DNA of 64,000 nt, taken from positions 65,687-129,686 of IMG/VR virus record IMGVR_UViG_3300029705_000054; one strand, given 5' to 3'. The position numbers and the translations under genes are program-made. The DNA comes from a virus. Its lineage: Duplodnaviria > Heunggongvirae > Uroviricota > Caudoviricetes. The notes under the pieces were generated by a model. The model searched no databases, was not told the origin of the DNA, and saw only the letters and a list, made by a program, of their open reading frames with translations. Position 1 is the stretch's first letter. Every line of letters starts with the position of its first letter. This document shows, piece by piece, positions 1 through 10,336 of this stretch.

Positions 1-1
1 A

Positions 2-1459
2 AATTATCATTTCCACGAAGAAGATTTTTGTGAAGACTTTCACGTGACTCTTTTTGGAACTATATATAATCTACATGCGCTCGGCGCTAAGGAGATAACT
101 CTCAATGCAATAGAAGACTATCTTGCACAGCGCCCTAAGCGCCAAGCGATATATAAATCAAATAAGGGTGCAGAATATCTTGAGCAACTTAAAGAGGCTA
201 CACAATTAAGCGCCTTTCAGTATTACTATGATAGAGTTAAGAAGATGACGCTCTTGCGCATGTATAACGAGCGCTGTGGAATGGATTTATCGTGGCTCTA
301 TGATATGGATAATATCTTTGATGCAAAGAAGAAACAGGCACAAGAGGACTGGTTAGACAATACACCTCTTGTAGAAATTGCAGATTTAATTGATAAAAAG
401 ATAGATGAAGTTAAATCAGTTTATGTAGACAACTGCGAAGCCGATATTGTTCAGGCGGGCGCAGGTGTGGAGTTACTTCTTGAGCAATTAAAACAAAAGC
501 CTGAGCTTGGATACCCATTGTATGGCAAATATATTAATACTATTTTCCGCGGCGCGCGCTTGAAAAAATTTTACTTGCGCTCAGCTGCAACAGGTGTTGG
601 TAAAACGCGTTCAATGGTAGCAGATGCGTGTTATATTGGATGTGGTTCTATGTATAGCCTTGAAGAACGCACTTGGATAAATACAGGTGAACCACAAGCC
701 ACTCTTTATATAGCAACAGAGCAAGAGTTATCAGAAGTTCAAACCATGATGATAGCGTTTTTATCTGGTGTTGACGAGGAACATATTGTTACAGGTGAAT
801 ATCTTGAAGGTGAATGGGAGCGCGCACTCCATGCTGCGCAACTCTTAAAGACTGGAAAAATCTATTTTGAAGCACTTCCAGATTTCTCATTACAAGACAT
901 TGAGAATGTTATTAAGAAAGGCATTAGAGAGAACGATATCAAGTACGTATTCCACGACTATATACACACGAGTATGAAGATTCTCGAAGAGATTACTCGA
1001 AGAAGCGGCGGTGTGCGCCTTAGAGAAGATAATATTCTCTTTATGATTTCCGTAAGACTTAAAGATTTGTGTAATCAGTATGGAATATTTATTATGTCTG
1101 CGACTCAGTTGAGTAATGATTATCACGAGGCAGAGGTTTATGACCAAGGATTGCTTCGTGGCGCAAAGTCTATAGCAGATAAAATTGATGCTGGTTCTAT
1201 TTTACTTGAGGCGACGGATAAAGATAAAGAGGCGCTGGCGCCTTTGGTTAAGCGTCTTGGATGTGAGATGCCAGATATTAAGATGTCGATTTATAAGAAT
1301 AGACGAGGTCGTTGGAAGAATGTTCTAGTCTGGATTAAGTCAGATCGTGGTATTTGTAGATTAGATCCGATATTTGTAACTAAATATAGTTATGAATTAG
1401 TTGATATAGAAGATTTTAAGATAAATGTAAAGAAAAGCGTTGACTTATCAGCGTTTTAA
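2..1459 (+). CDS. DnaB-like replicative helicase (5' end outside window)
   Basis: Walker A SAATGVGKTRS, Walker B-like YVFHDYIH, QLS motif and arginine finger KNRRG. Frame is open from position 2; ends TAA; no TAG. Confidence 0.85.
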   Translation, partial: NYHFHEEDFCEDFHVTLFGTIYNLHALGAKEITLNAIEDYLAQRPKRQAIYKSNKGAEYLEQLKEATQLSAFQYYYDRVKKMTLLRMYNERCGMDLSWLYDMDNIFDAKKKQAQEDWLDNTPLVEIADLIDKKIDEVKSVYVDNCEADIVQAGAGVELLLEQLKQKPELGYPLYGKYINTIFRGARLKKFYLRSAATGVGKTRSMVADACYIGCGSMYSLEERTWINTGEPQATLYIATEQELSEVQTMMIAFLSGVDEEHIVTGEYLEGEWERALHAAQLLKTGKIYFEALPDFSLQDIENVIKKGIRENDIKYVFHDYIHTSMKILEEITRRSGGVRLREDNILFMISVRLKDLCNQYGIFIMSATQLSNDYHEAEVYDQGLLRGAKSIADKIDAGSILLEATDKDKEALAPLVKRLGCEMPDIKMSIYKNRRGRWKNVLVWIKSDRGICRLDPIFVTKYSYELVDIEDFKINVKKSVDLSAF

Positions 1460-1470
1460 GGAGTAGAAAA

Positions 1471-1803
1471 ATGAGATGGACTAAAAAATATCGTAATAAA
1501 GACTATAAAATAGTAAAACGCTTTGCTCTATTGCCTATTCGAGTAGGCAATGAATATCGTTGGTTTGAAACTTGTTATGTGCTAAAAGAAAGAAGCTATA
1601 GTTGGGGAGAAGACCTTGGATGGATTAATATTTCTTGGACAAATGCTGAAACTTATACAATGTGGAAGAATGGTTGTCAGGATAGATGCGCTGATAAATT
1701 TTGTATGCATTGGATGGAAGGCGGTTTTTGTGATTTAGAAGAAGCCAAAGTTGATAATAATGGAGTATGTTATAGCAGGGTGGGTAAATATGAAAGATCT
1801 TAA
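1471..1803 (+). CDS. hypothetical protein with C-terminal four-Cys (DUF1540-like) motif
   Basis: RBS AAGGAG; motif CADKFCMHWMEGGFC...GVC; ends TAA. Confidence 0.65.
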   Translation: MRWTKKYRNKDYKIVKRFALLPIRVGNEYRWFETCYVLKERSYSWGEDLGWINISWTNAETYTMWKNGCQDRCADKFCMHWMEGGFCDLEEAKVDNNGVCYSRVGKYERS

Positions 1804-2020
1804 CATAAAAAATCCAGAACGAGTTACTCAATGTAGTGCAACTCAATGTTTATATAATAAAGATGAATATTGCACAGCCTCACTTATTCTTCACGATGAA
1901 CGAGGTATTTGTAAGATATTCATGCCAAGAGACAAGTTTGAAAAGATGATAGAAGATTTGAAGCGTTTTAATGAAAGGGAGGCTTGTAATGGATCAAAAG
2001 AACACAATAGTAAAATGTAA
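1790..2020 (+). CDS. small four-Cys (DUF1540-like) protein
   Basis: CSATQCLYNKDEYCTASLILHDERGICKIF; ATG 1790 overlaps the upstream stop region. Confidence 0.65.
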   Translation: MKDLNIKNPERVTQCSATQCLYNKDEYCTASLILHDERGICKIFMPRDKFEKMIEDLKRFNEREACNGSKEHNSKM

Positions 2021-2582
2021 GGCGCACCCTGATTGCCTATTTAATCATAATGGAGTATGTGATAACTATGTGATTAATATTGGCGCCGATGGGAAGTGTG
2101 AGGGGTATGTTAAAACCGCTTCAGAAGAAAATATGAAGAATGGGGTTATTGGAGAATATAAGGGGTTTACTCTTAAAGAGCAAAAAACCTGTCACCCAGA
2201 CTGTATCCACTTTGATGATAGTGATATTATGGTAGGTCCAATATGTTTATTCAATCATCCAGAACCTCTTAAAGACTTTTTTGAGGGAATGCCTTGTGAC
2301 TATTATCATTCAACAAACTATACAAGAGGTCAACGAGCAAAATGTAATATTTGTGATGATATGATGGATATTGATGATAAGCATTTAGGCGAAGCTGTGA
2401 CAGTTAAAATGAAAATTGCAGAACTTAATAAACCAAATAAGAATAAAGCTATCATAAGCGACTGGGCTTTCGCAGCTACACCAGACATTTGTAAGACTTG
2501 TAAAAAAGTAGTTTATGGACAGCCTTGTAAATATAAAAATGTATCATATGGAATTTGGACTTGTTACGAGGAGGAAAAATGA
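1989..2582 (+). CDS. Cys-rich hypothetical protein, N-terminal DUF1540-like motif
   Basis: RBS AAAGGGAGG before ATG 1989; CKAHPDCLFNHNGVCDNYVINIGADGKCEGY. Confidence 0.65.
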   Translation: MDQKNTIVKCKAHPDCLFNHNGVCDNYVINIGADGKCEGYVKTASEENMKNGVIGEYKGFTLKEQKTCHPDCIHFDDSDIMVGPICLFNHPEPLKDFFEGMPCDYYHSTNYTRGQRAKCNICDDMMDIDDKHLGEAVTVKMKIAELNKPNKNKAIISDWAFAATPDICKTCKKVVYGQPCKYKNVSYGIWTCYEEEK

Positions 2583-3694
2583 GCAAGTATGACTCCAACG
2601 AAATCAAACAACAACTTACCTTCCAACAAGTCTTCGATTACACCGCAGAGCTTGGCGGCAATCCTAAACTTGACCCCGGAGGAGGAGAAGTTTTTACTGC
2701 CCACACTATCTGCCATAACCCAGCTTGCACCGGATCACACAAGTTATACTACTACGGGAATACTCGACTCTATCGCTGCTACACTGAGTGCGCGGGAGAC
2801 GCGTTTGACATATATGACTTAACACGGCGCGCAATGAAGATCCAGCGCGGCGAAGAGTGGTCACTATCACACGCCGTTGGGTATGTTGCCCGCTATTTCG
2901 GCATAGCTTCATCTGAAGACGAGAATTTTGGAGATGCACAACAAAAACTTCGTGATTGGGATATTTTAAAGAATTATCAACAAAATAGCTCCATCAATAA
3001 TGATAAAAAAATAATTGAGTTCAAAAAATTTGATGAAAATATCCTTCAACACTTACCACGCCCGCGCATTACTCCATGGCTTAATGAAGGCATTACTCAA
3101 GAGATAATGGATTCTCGAGGTATTTGTTATGACCCCGTTAACCAAGGTATTGTGATACCTCATTATGATGAAAATGGAGCGCTAATAGGTATCCGTGAGC
3201 GCACACTTATTAAAGAAGAGGAAGCATATGGTAAGTATCGACCAGCGATTCTTAATGGTGTTCAATATAATCATCCATTAGGTTTCGCTTTATATAACTT
3301 GAACTTTTCAAAAAACAATATACGAAAAATACAAAAGGCAATTGTTGTAGAAGGTGAAAAAAGTTGCTTAAAATATGCATCCTTTTTTGGGACAGAAAAC
3401 GATATTTCGGTAGCAGTGTGTGGAAGTAATCTTATTCAACATCAAGTAGATTTATTAATTAAACATGGCGCGAAAGAAATAGTGATTGGTTTTGATCGCC
3501 AATGGCGACAAAAAAATGATACAGAGTTTAATCAGTGGGTAAAGAAGCTTCAAGCAATTCATAAAAAATACTATTCTAAAGTGCAAATTAGTTTTATTTT
3601 TGATAAAGAAAACTTATTGCCATACAAAGCTTCTCCTCTTGACGAAGGAGCAGAAGTATTTATAGAACTGTTTAAAAGGAGGATTTTATTATGA
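2579..3694 (+). CDS. DNA primase (Zn-binding domain plus Toprim)
   Basis: RBS GAGGAGG; TICHN...CYTEC zinc motif; Toprim IVVEGEKS and IVIGFD; ends TGA. Confidence 0.85.
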   Translation: MSKYDSNEIKQQLTFQQVFDYTAELGGNPKLDPGGGEVFTAHTICHNPACTGSHKLYYYGNTRLYRCYTECAGDAFDIYDLTRRAMKIQRGEEWSLSHAVGYVARYFGIASSEDENFGDAQQKLRDWDILKNYQQNSSINNDKKIIEFKKFDENILQHLPRPRITPWLNEGITQEIMDSRGICYDPVNQGIVIPHYDENGALIGIRERTLIKEEEAYGKYRPAILNGVQYNHPLGFALYNLNFSKNNIRKIQKAIVVEGEKSCLKYASFFGTENDISVAVCGSNLIQHQVDLLIKHGAKEIVIGFDRQWRQKNDTEFNQWVKKLQAIHKKYYSKVQISFIFDKENLLPYKASPLDEGAEVFIELFKRRILL

Positions 3695-4443
3695 ATGAAA
3701 ATATTAAAAAATGGTGTATCTATGCTCATGTTAATAAGCAAAATTAGAAAAGATATATAGGACAAAGCTGTAATATAAAGTAGAGATGGAGAGCTAATGG
3801 AAAGCAATATATTAAAAGCCCTCTTTTTTATTCTGCCATTGAAAAATATGGATGGGATAATTTTGAGCATATAATTTTAAAACAAAACTTGCTAAGTCAA
3901 AATGAAGCTGATTATTGGGAAAAATTTTATATCCAATTTTATAAAAGTGACAATCCTGATTTTGGATATAATTTAACAAAAGGAGGTCAGCTTGGACATT
4001 TGCACACAGAAGAAACTAAAAAGAAAATTGGTATTGCTTCTAAAAATACTTGGCAAAATTTACCAGAAGATAAAAAAGAAGAAAAGAAAGTATTTTTAAA
4101 GGAAATTAATGTAAAATATATAGAAAATTCTTCTTTTGAAGAACGAAAAAATAATACCTTAAAAGGAAGAATGGCATCTCGTGTATACTGGGATAGTCAT
4201 AAAGAAGAAGAAAAAATTAAATTAGATAAAATGCGAATAAATTCAGTTAAAACCAATAGTAAACCAGTATATTGCATAGAAACCAAACAAGAGTATTCAT
4301 CAAGTCAAACCGCTGCTCGAGCACTAGGAAAAACAGATGGTTCTCACATTCGTAGAAGTTGTCGTAATAAAGGTGAAACTAAAGGCTATGGTTATCATTG
4401 GTTGTTTATTGAAGATGTAGAAAATTATTTAAAGAAAGGATGA
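3691..4443 (+). CDS. free-standing GIY-YIG homing endonuclease with C-terminal NUMOD1-like domain (2 in-frame TAG)
   Basis: ATGA overlap with primase stop; reads WCIYAHVNKQN*KRYIGQSCNIK*RW (TAG 3745, 3781), then GYN..GG and a KPVYCIET...GYHW tail. Confidence 0.85.
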
Positions 4444-4452
4444 GATTGTGAA

Positions 4453-6246
4453 TTGAACTATAAACTTTTAGGAAATATAAATCCGCACTATTCAGCAGTA
4501 GAGTAGGTGCTAACCAATAGAGGTATTCCCTACTATGATATCCATCACTGGCTGAATACAACGGATGCGGATATTAATGACTTTAACTTATTGGGCGCCG
4601 ATCGATTGCGCAAGGCAGCTCAAACCTTAATAAAAACGATTTCTCAAGGCGCCCGAGCGCTGGTTATCGTGGACTCAGACTGCGACGGATTTACCTCGTC
4701 CGCGCTTCTAATCAATTACCTTTATGACCATTTCCCAGCTTGGGTTCAGAACAACTTAGACTGGTTTATTCATAGCGGCAAACAACACGGACTTAGTGAT
4801 GTCGATGTTGAATGGGCGGCCGCCAATTACGCATTAATCTTGTGCCCAGACGCAAGCTCTAATGACTATGAATATCACCTAGCTTTTATCGACAAAGGTG
4901 TAGATATTATTGTCTTAGACCACCATGAAGCGGATATTGTATCTCCAAATGCAATAGTCATAAATAATCAGCTTTGCGCCTATCCAAATAAGCAACTATC
5001 AGGTGTTGGTATCACGTGGCAGTTTTGCAGATACCTTGATTCACTTATGCACACTGATTATGCGCAGAATTATCTTGACCTCGTGGCGCTGGGGAATACC
5101 GCGGATATGATGTCGCTTCAGTCAATAGAAACAAAGCATCTTATAATGAAGGGCTTCCGCGCAGAAAATATTCACAATCCATTTATCGCAACAATAGCTG
5201 AAAGTAATGCCTATTCTCTTGGAGATAAGATTACTCCACATGGCGCTGCTTGGTATATTGCGCCGTTTGTCAATGCTATGGTGCGTAGTGGTGAAGAAGA
5301 AGAAAAGGAGCTTCTTTTCAAATCCTTTTTAAAGTTTAAGGCTTTTGATTATATATACTCTACAAAGCGTGGGCATAAACAGGGTGAAACTGAACAATTA
5401 GTGACGCAAGCAGTGCGTACTTGTAAGAATGTAAAGACGCGCCAAACGAAAGCTCAAGATGCAGCAATGGAATTACTTGAAGAGCGTATTACTATGGAAA
5501 ATCTGATGGATCATCAAGTCCTTTTATTCCTTCTTGAACCTGGCGAGGTTGAGCCAAATGTAGCTGGTCTTGCCGCAAATAAAATAATGGGTAAGTATCA
5601 GCGTCCTTGCGCCGTACTTACAAAACGCGAAAAAGAAATGGATGCAACCCCCACTCTTAATGCGCGCAAGTATTTCTGTTACGAAGGTTCAGCGCGAGGC
5701 TGCGATAAAGCAGAAGTATCTAATTTCAAAGATATCTGCGAAGGAACTGGTCTTATCCAATATGTGGCTGGACACCAAGGCGCGTTTGGCTTAGGCATTC
5801 TTCCAGAGGACGTGCCTTTCTTTCTTGAATCGACTGACCGCGCGCTTCGTAATATGGCATCTGAACCAGTCCATTATGTAGACTACATCTACCGCAATAC
5901 AAATGTAGATCCTAATCAAATCCTTGAAATAGCTGAGCTTGATGGTATCTGGGGCAAGGATGTGGAAGAATCATTCGTTGCTATTGATGGCTTAAAAGTG
6001 ACCGCAGATATGGTAACTGTGTATATAAAGAAAAACAAGACCCTTAAAATAACTCTTCCCAACCGCTTGTCGATAATGTTATTCAACGCACCCGATGACT
6101 TGTGTGAGAAGCTTCAAAACACTCAAGGCTATGTGGAAATGGATATCATTGGAAAGCCAAATAAGAATGAATATAATGGCTGGGTAAGTCCGCAGATATT
6201 TATCGAAGAATATGCAATTACAGGTGAAAGTAGGTATAATTTCTGA
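4453..6246 (+). CDS. recJ: RecJ-like ssDNA exonuclease (DHH family), 1 in-frame TAG
   Basis: DSDCDG, LDHH, GNTADM and GHQGAFG motifs; TTG start 4453 gives SAVE*VLTNRGI (TAG 4504). Confidence 0.85.
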
Positions 6247-6491
6247 TGAAAAGAATAATGTTTTTTCTATTAGATGATAAAGAAAATAAGGTAGAGACTA
6301 TTCTAACCAACAACACTAAAATTACAATTATTAAAGGTACACGAAGCTATCTCTTAATGGGGCGCCCTGGTGCTAGATGTAACACCATTTATGTAGATGG
6401 CGAATTAAACACAAAGATTAATGAAGAATGGATTACCTGTGTATTAAAACCCATGTGCAGTCCTTATGGGGGAGAGCTAATCTTCATTTAA
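6246..6491 (+). CDS. hypothetical protein
   Basis: ATG overlaps recJ TGA; 81 aa; ends TAA. Confidence 0.6.
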   Translation: MKRIMFFLLDDKENKVETILTNNTKITIIKGTRSYLLMGRPGARCNTIYVDGELNTKINEEWITCVLKPMCSPYGGELIFI

Positions 6492-6561
6492 CTAATACTT
6501 GGAACGAACTGGGTCGTAAATTTAAAATGAAAATGACTTTTGGAATTTTTAGGAGTAAAAT

Positions 6562-6786
6562 ATGAAATATTTAAAACGCACAAAATTACCTCGCACTACA
6601 GGAATTAACTGTTGTAAATGTAGAATTAGAATGAAGTGTATTCAAGAGAAGGTTCAAAATTGTCAGCACACTTCTCTGAGAAAAGACTCTTTAGCATATG
6701 GTGAAGAAATTTGGCAATGTCCTAAATGCGGAAGGAAAACAACATTATTATATTATCTAACAACAATGACATCAGAGGATAATTAA
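6562..6786 (+). CDS. small Zn-ribbon-like hypothetical protein
   Basis: RBS AGGAG; CCKC...CPKCG. Confidence 0.6.
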   Translation: MKYLKRTKLPRTTGINCCKCRIRMKCIQEKVQNCQHTSLRKDSLAYGEEIWQCPKCGRKTTLLYYLTTMTSEDN

Positions 6787-6796
6787 TCATCCTCTT

Positions 6797-6825
6797 TTGA
6801 TTTTTAATAAAAATTATGTTAAAAT
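6797..6825 (+). promoter_or_regulatory. sigma-A-type promoter with extended -10
   Basis: TTGATT-N17-TAAAAT with TG before the -10; upstream of the NADAR gene. Confidence 0.7.
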
Positions 6826-6857
6826 ATATTATAAGAATAAGAAAAGAGGAAAATAAA

Positions 6858-7313
6858 ATGGATATAGGAAGCGGGTCTGCATACCCATCTTGCACATTGA
6901 GCAACTTTGCGCCGCACCCATTCGTAATAGACGGCGTCGAATGTGCATCAATGGAGGGGTTCTTGCAGTCATTAAAATTTAAATCACCCGATATGCAGCG
7001 CCATGTCTGCACCCTGGTAGGCAAGGCCGCAAAGTTTAAGGGTAAAGATAAGAAGTGGTGGAGAGATCAGACTCTCTACTGGCAGGGAGTAGAATACAAG
7101 AGAGATAGCGAGGAATACCAGATTCTTCTAAACAGAGTTTACAACGCTCTATACCAGAACGAAGGATTTAGGCGAGCTCTTGAAGCATCTAAACCCGCTA
7201 TCTTAACGCACTCAATAGGTAAAAATGATGAGAGCAGAACAGTATTGACTCAATCGGAATTCTGCGGAAGACTGATGAAGTTGAGAATGGGTAAAAAATT
7301 GGAGGAAGAGTAA
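6858..7313 (+). CDS. NADAR-superfamily protein, T4 gp30.3/AdfN-like
   Basis: PSCTLSNFAPHPFVIDG...EGFLQSLK...TLYWQG...QNEGFRRALEAS...LTHS...TVLTQSEF follows the T4 gp30.3 pattern as I recall it; RBS GAGG; no TAG. Confidence 0.8.
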   Translation: MDIGSGSAYPSCTLSNFAPHPFVIDGVECASMEGFLQSLKFKSPDMQRHVCTLVGKAAKFKGKDKKWWRDQTLYWQGVEYKRDSEEYQILLNRVYNALYQNEGFRRALEASKPAILTHSIGKNDESRTVLTQSEFCGRLMKLRMGKKLEEE

Positions 7314-7553
7314 ATGAAAGAAATAAAAAAGACGGATCCAAGACCAATTTGTTTTGCTACCTCTTGCTTTTTTCACGATGGAAAAAAGCATTGCGCGTGT
7401 AAAATACAATACACCAATGAGCGTGGAATATGTGGAACTTATAAAGACGGAAAACAAGTCGAAGAAATGTTTATGCATTTTGAAAATTTTAATGGGATTA
7501 AGGTATTGGATAAATACAGATTTATGGGAAAAGAAAAAAGGGAGGAAGAATAA
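7314..7553 (+). CDS. small four-Cys (DUF1540-like) protein
   Basis: CFATSCFFHDGKKHCACKIQYTNERGICGTY. Confidence 0.6.
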   Translation: MKEIKKTDPRPICFATSCFFHDGKKHCACKIQYTNERGICGTYKDGKQVEEMFMHFENFNGIKVLDKYRFMGKEKREEE

Positions 7554-7780
7554 TGTATTTAGAAGAAAGAGTAGCTAGAGTTGAAGCCTTTATGGAAGCC
7601 TTTCTATCTGAACACCCTGATATGTGTCCACATCAATGGTGGTTAGATGGTAGTAGCTACGAAGATGAAGAAGGAAATCATAGAGTGGGAATTCGATGCA
7701 GATTTTGCGGTAAACAAGAAGAACGCATTGAACGAAAGGAAAAAACAGATTCGTCTATAGGCTTTAGTTTTACATTTTAA
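7553..7780 (+). CDS. small hypothetical protein, possible Zn ligands
   Basis: TAATG coupling; CPH...CRFCG. Confidence 0.6.
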   Translation: MYLEERVARVEAFMEAFLSEHPDMCPHQWWLDGSSYEDEEGNHRVGIRCRFCGKQEERIERKEKTDSSIGFSFTF

Positions 7781-7791
7781 GGAGAAATATA

Positions 7792-8175
7792 ATGGCAAAT
7801 AAAGAAAAAGTAAAAAGCATAATTAAAGACTTAATGCAGCAGCTATATGAGGCAAAAGGCTTTAATAATCTTGATTGCAATCCTCTTGAACGCAATATAT
7901 TTGAAGCAGAAATGAAAGATCTGTGGGAAGATGTTGAAGCTCATACTATACTTTATACTGATGAACGAGAAGAGTATGAGGAAGAAATTGAAAGCTTAAA
8001 AGCAGATATCGATGACTTGAAAGACTATAATGATCATATACGAGAAAGAAATGAAATACTAGAGAGTGACAATACAGATTTAATAGATAGAAACTATGAT
8101 TTACAGCTAGAGAATGATAAGCTTTGGGAAAAGTTAAAGAATATTAGCAAGGTGGTGAATGACACATGGTGCTAA
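7792..8175 (+). CDS. acidic coiled-coil hypothetical protein
   Basis: RBS AAGGAG; heptad-like C-terminal half. Confidence 0.6.
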   Translation: MANKEKVKSIIKDLMQQLYEAKGFNNLDCNPLERNIFEAEMKDLWEDVEAHTILYTDEREEYEEEIESLKADIDDLKDYNDHIRERNEILESDNTDLIDRNYDLQLENDKLWEKLKNISKVVNDTWC

Positions 8176-9353
8176 CTGATCAGCAATTAACTGGACTTAC
8201 GATCGCACTTCAGCGATATAAAGCAGGCGAAAAGTATACGGTTATTTCGGGATACGCTGGATCTGGTAAGTCAACGCTAGTTAAATTTTTAGTAGCCGCG
8301 CTTTTGAATACTGGATCTGGTTTAACAATAGAAGATGTAGCATACGCAAGTTTTACTGGAAAGGCGGCATCTGTACTTCAAAAAAAGGGTAATAAAAATG
8401 CAATGACCCTTCATAAGCTATTATATTATACTCGCCCCCTACCCAATGGCAAATTCGTGCATTCCCCCAAAACGGAATTAGAATATCGTATTATTGTGAT
8501 TGATGAATGTTCTATGGTGCCGCAAGATATGGTAGCACTTTTATTTTCTCACAATGCTTACCTTATTTTCTGCGGCGATCCAGGACAACTTCCTCCAATT
8601 GATAAAACAAATGCCAATCATTTATTAGATAAACCTCATATCTTTTTATCTGACATTATGCGTCAAAGTTTAGAAAGTGATATTATTCAATTGAGCTTAA
8701 AAATTCGAAATGGAGAAAGAATAGATAATTTTAAGGGAAAAGATGCCATGGTTCTACCTTCTAGTGAATTGAATACAGGTATGTTGACTTGGGCAGATAT
8801 TATTCTATGCTCAACTAATAAGACTAGAATTGCTTTAAACTCACAAGTCCGAGAACTATTGGGTTATGAAAAACCATTAGAAAAAAATGAAAAATTAATC
8901 TGTTTAAAAAATTATTGGTCTGAAATTTCAGAATCAGGCAATGCTTTAATTAATGGCACTATTGGATATTGCACTGATTTTTATGAACAAACTTTTTATC
9001 CTCCAAAAATTTTAGGAGTGCCTCCTATCCCAATTATTTCTTGTAATTTCCTTTCGGAAAATTTGGACAAGTTTAATGAATTGAATATGGATAAAAATTA
9101 TATAATAATGGGAGAGGGAAGTTTAACCCCCCAACAAATCTATAAACTTTCTCGAAATAAAATGACAAAGCATATGATTCCCTATGAATTCACATATGGT
9201 TATAGTATTACTGGACATCGCGCGCAAGGCAGTGAATGGGATAAAGTACTAGTTATTGAAGAACGTTTCCCATTTGATAAAGAAGAGCATAAAAAATGGC
9301 TATATACTTGTTGCACAAGAGGAAGTGAAAAAGTCGTTATTATAAAGGAGTAA
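8166..9353 (+). CDS. SF1B helicase, RecD/Dda-like
   Basis: GYAGSGKST, FTGKAA, IDECSM, GDPGQLPP, YSITGHRAQGSEW, LYTCCTRG. Confidence 0.9.
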   Translation: MVLTDQQLTGLTIALQRYKAGEKYTVISGYAGSGKSTLVKFLVAALLNTGSGLTIEDVAYASFTGKAASVLQKKGNKNAMTLHKLLYYTRPLPNGKFVHSPKTELEYRIIVIDECSMVPQDMVALLFSHNAYLIFCGDPGQLPPIDKTNANHLLDKPHIFLSDIMRQSLESDIIQLSLKIRNGERIDNFKGKDAMVLPSSELNTGMLTWADIILCSTNKTRIALNSQVRELLGYEKPLEKNEKLICLKNYWSEISESGNALINGTIGYCTDFYEQTFYPPKILGVPPIPIISCNFLSENLDKFNELNMDKNYIIMGEGSLTPQQIYKLSRNKMTKHMIPYEFTYGYSITGHRAQGSEWDKVLVIEERFPFDKEEHKKWLYTCCTRGSEKVVIIKE

Positions 9354-9357
9354 AAAA

Positions 9358-10329
9358 ATGGAGTACAAACAAATTCCAATAGGGCAAGCTGAAAATATTT
9401 CTGGTAAATAGTTTAATCGTTTAAAAGCGCTATATAGAGTAGAGCATCCAACAGGGAGAAAAGGTGTCTTTTGGCTCTGCGAATGTCAATGTGAAGCAAA
9501 GACTTTATTAGTGGTGTCTAAAAACCATTTAACATCAGATCATACTAAATCTTGTGGCTGTCTTAAACACGAAAATAAAAGTGGCGGAAGACCAGTTCGA
9601 GATTTAACAGGACAAACTTTTGGAGAACTTACAGTTTTAAGTTTAGCCAAAACAGAAGGTGGCCATGCCTTTTGGAATTGCAAATGTTCTTGTGGAAGGG
9701 CGCATATAGTAATGGGCTCAAGTCTTACGGCTGGCGACACCAAAAGCTGTGGATTTTGTAAACCTAGGCATTTTATTGATTTAAGTAATCAAAAATTTGG
9801 CTTATTAACTGCTTTAGAACCAACTGAAAAAAGGATTGGATCTTATGTAATTTGGAAATGCTTATGTGATTGCGGTAACTATACGGAAGTTCCTTCTGGC
9901 TATTTAACTGTGGGGCAAACAAAAAGTTGCGGCTGTTTAGGCGCATCCTATAATGAAACAAAAATTACACAAATGTTACAAGAAGCCGATATTAGCTTTA
10001 CAAACCAAAAGAGTTTTAAAGACTGTTTGTTAGCCTCTGGTGCAAAGGCTAGATTTGATTTTTATATAGAAGACTCTTATATTATTGAATTTGATGGACA
10101 ACAACATTTTTCATATCGCAAAGATACTATAAATACTTGGAATACAAAAGAGCATTTTGAAGAAACTCGCAACAACGATTTACTTAAAAATAAATATTGT
10201 TTTGAACATAATATTCCATTAATTCGTATCCCATATGATCAAGAGTATGACCTAAACGATTTAAAATTAGAAACTTCAAGATTTCTATTAACAAAAGAAA
10301 ATGAAGAAGAATATTATCAACGGAAATGA
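9358..10329 (+). CDS. putative homing endonuclease: three Cys-rich DNA-binding repeats plus PD-(D/E)xK/Vsr-like nuclease (1 TAG)
   Basis: RBS AAGGAG, ATG 9358; repeats ISGK*FNRL, LTGQTFGEL, LSNQKFGLL, each followed by W.C.C.C...KSCG; nuclease RFDFYI...IIEFDGQQH; TAG 9409. Confidence 0.75.
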
Positions 10330-10336
10330 GGTAGCA

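Noticed and set aside
6511-6560. GGTCGT upstream of ORF 6562 as another bipartite motif
   Set aside because: No TATATA-like element at the expected spacing.
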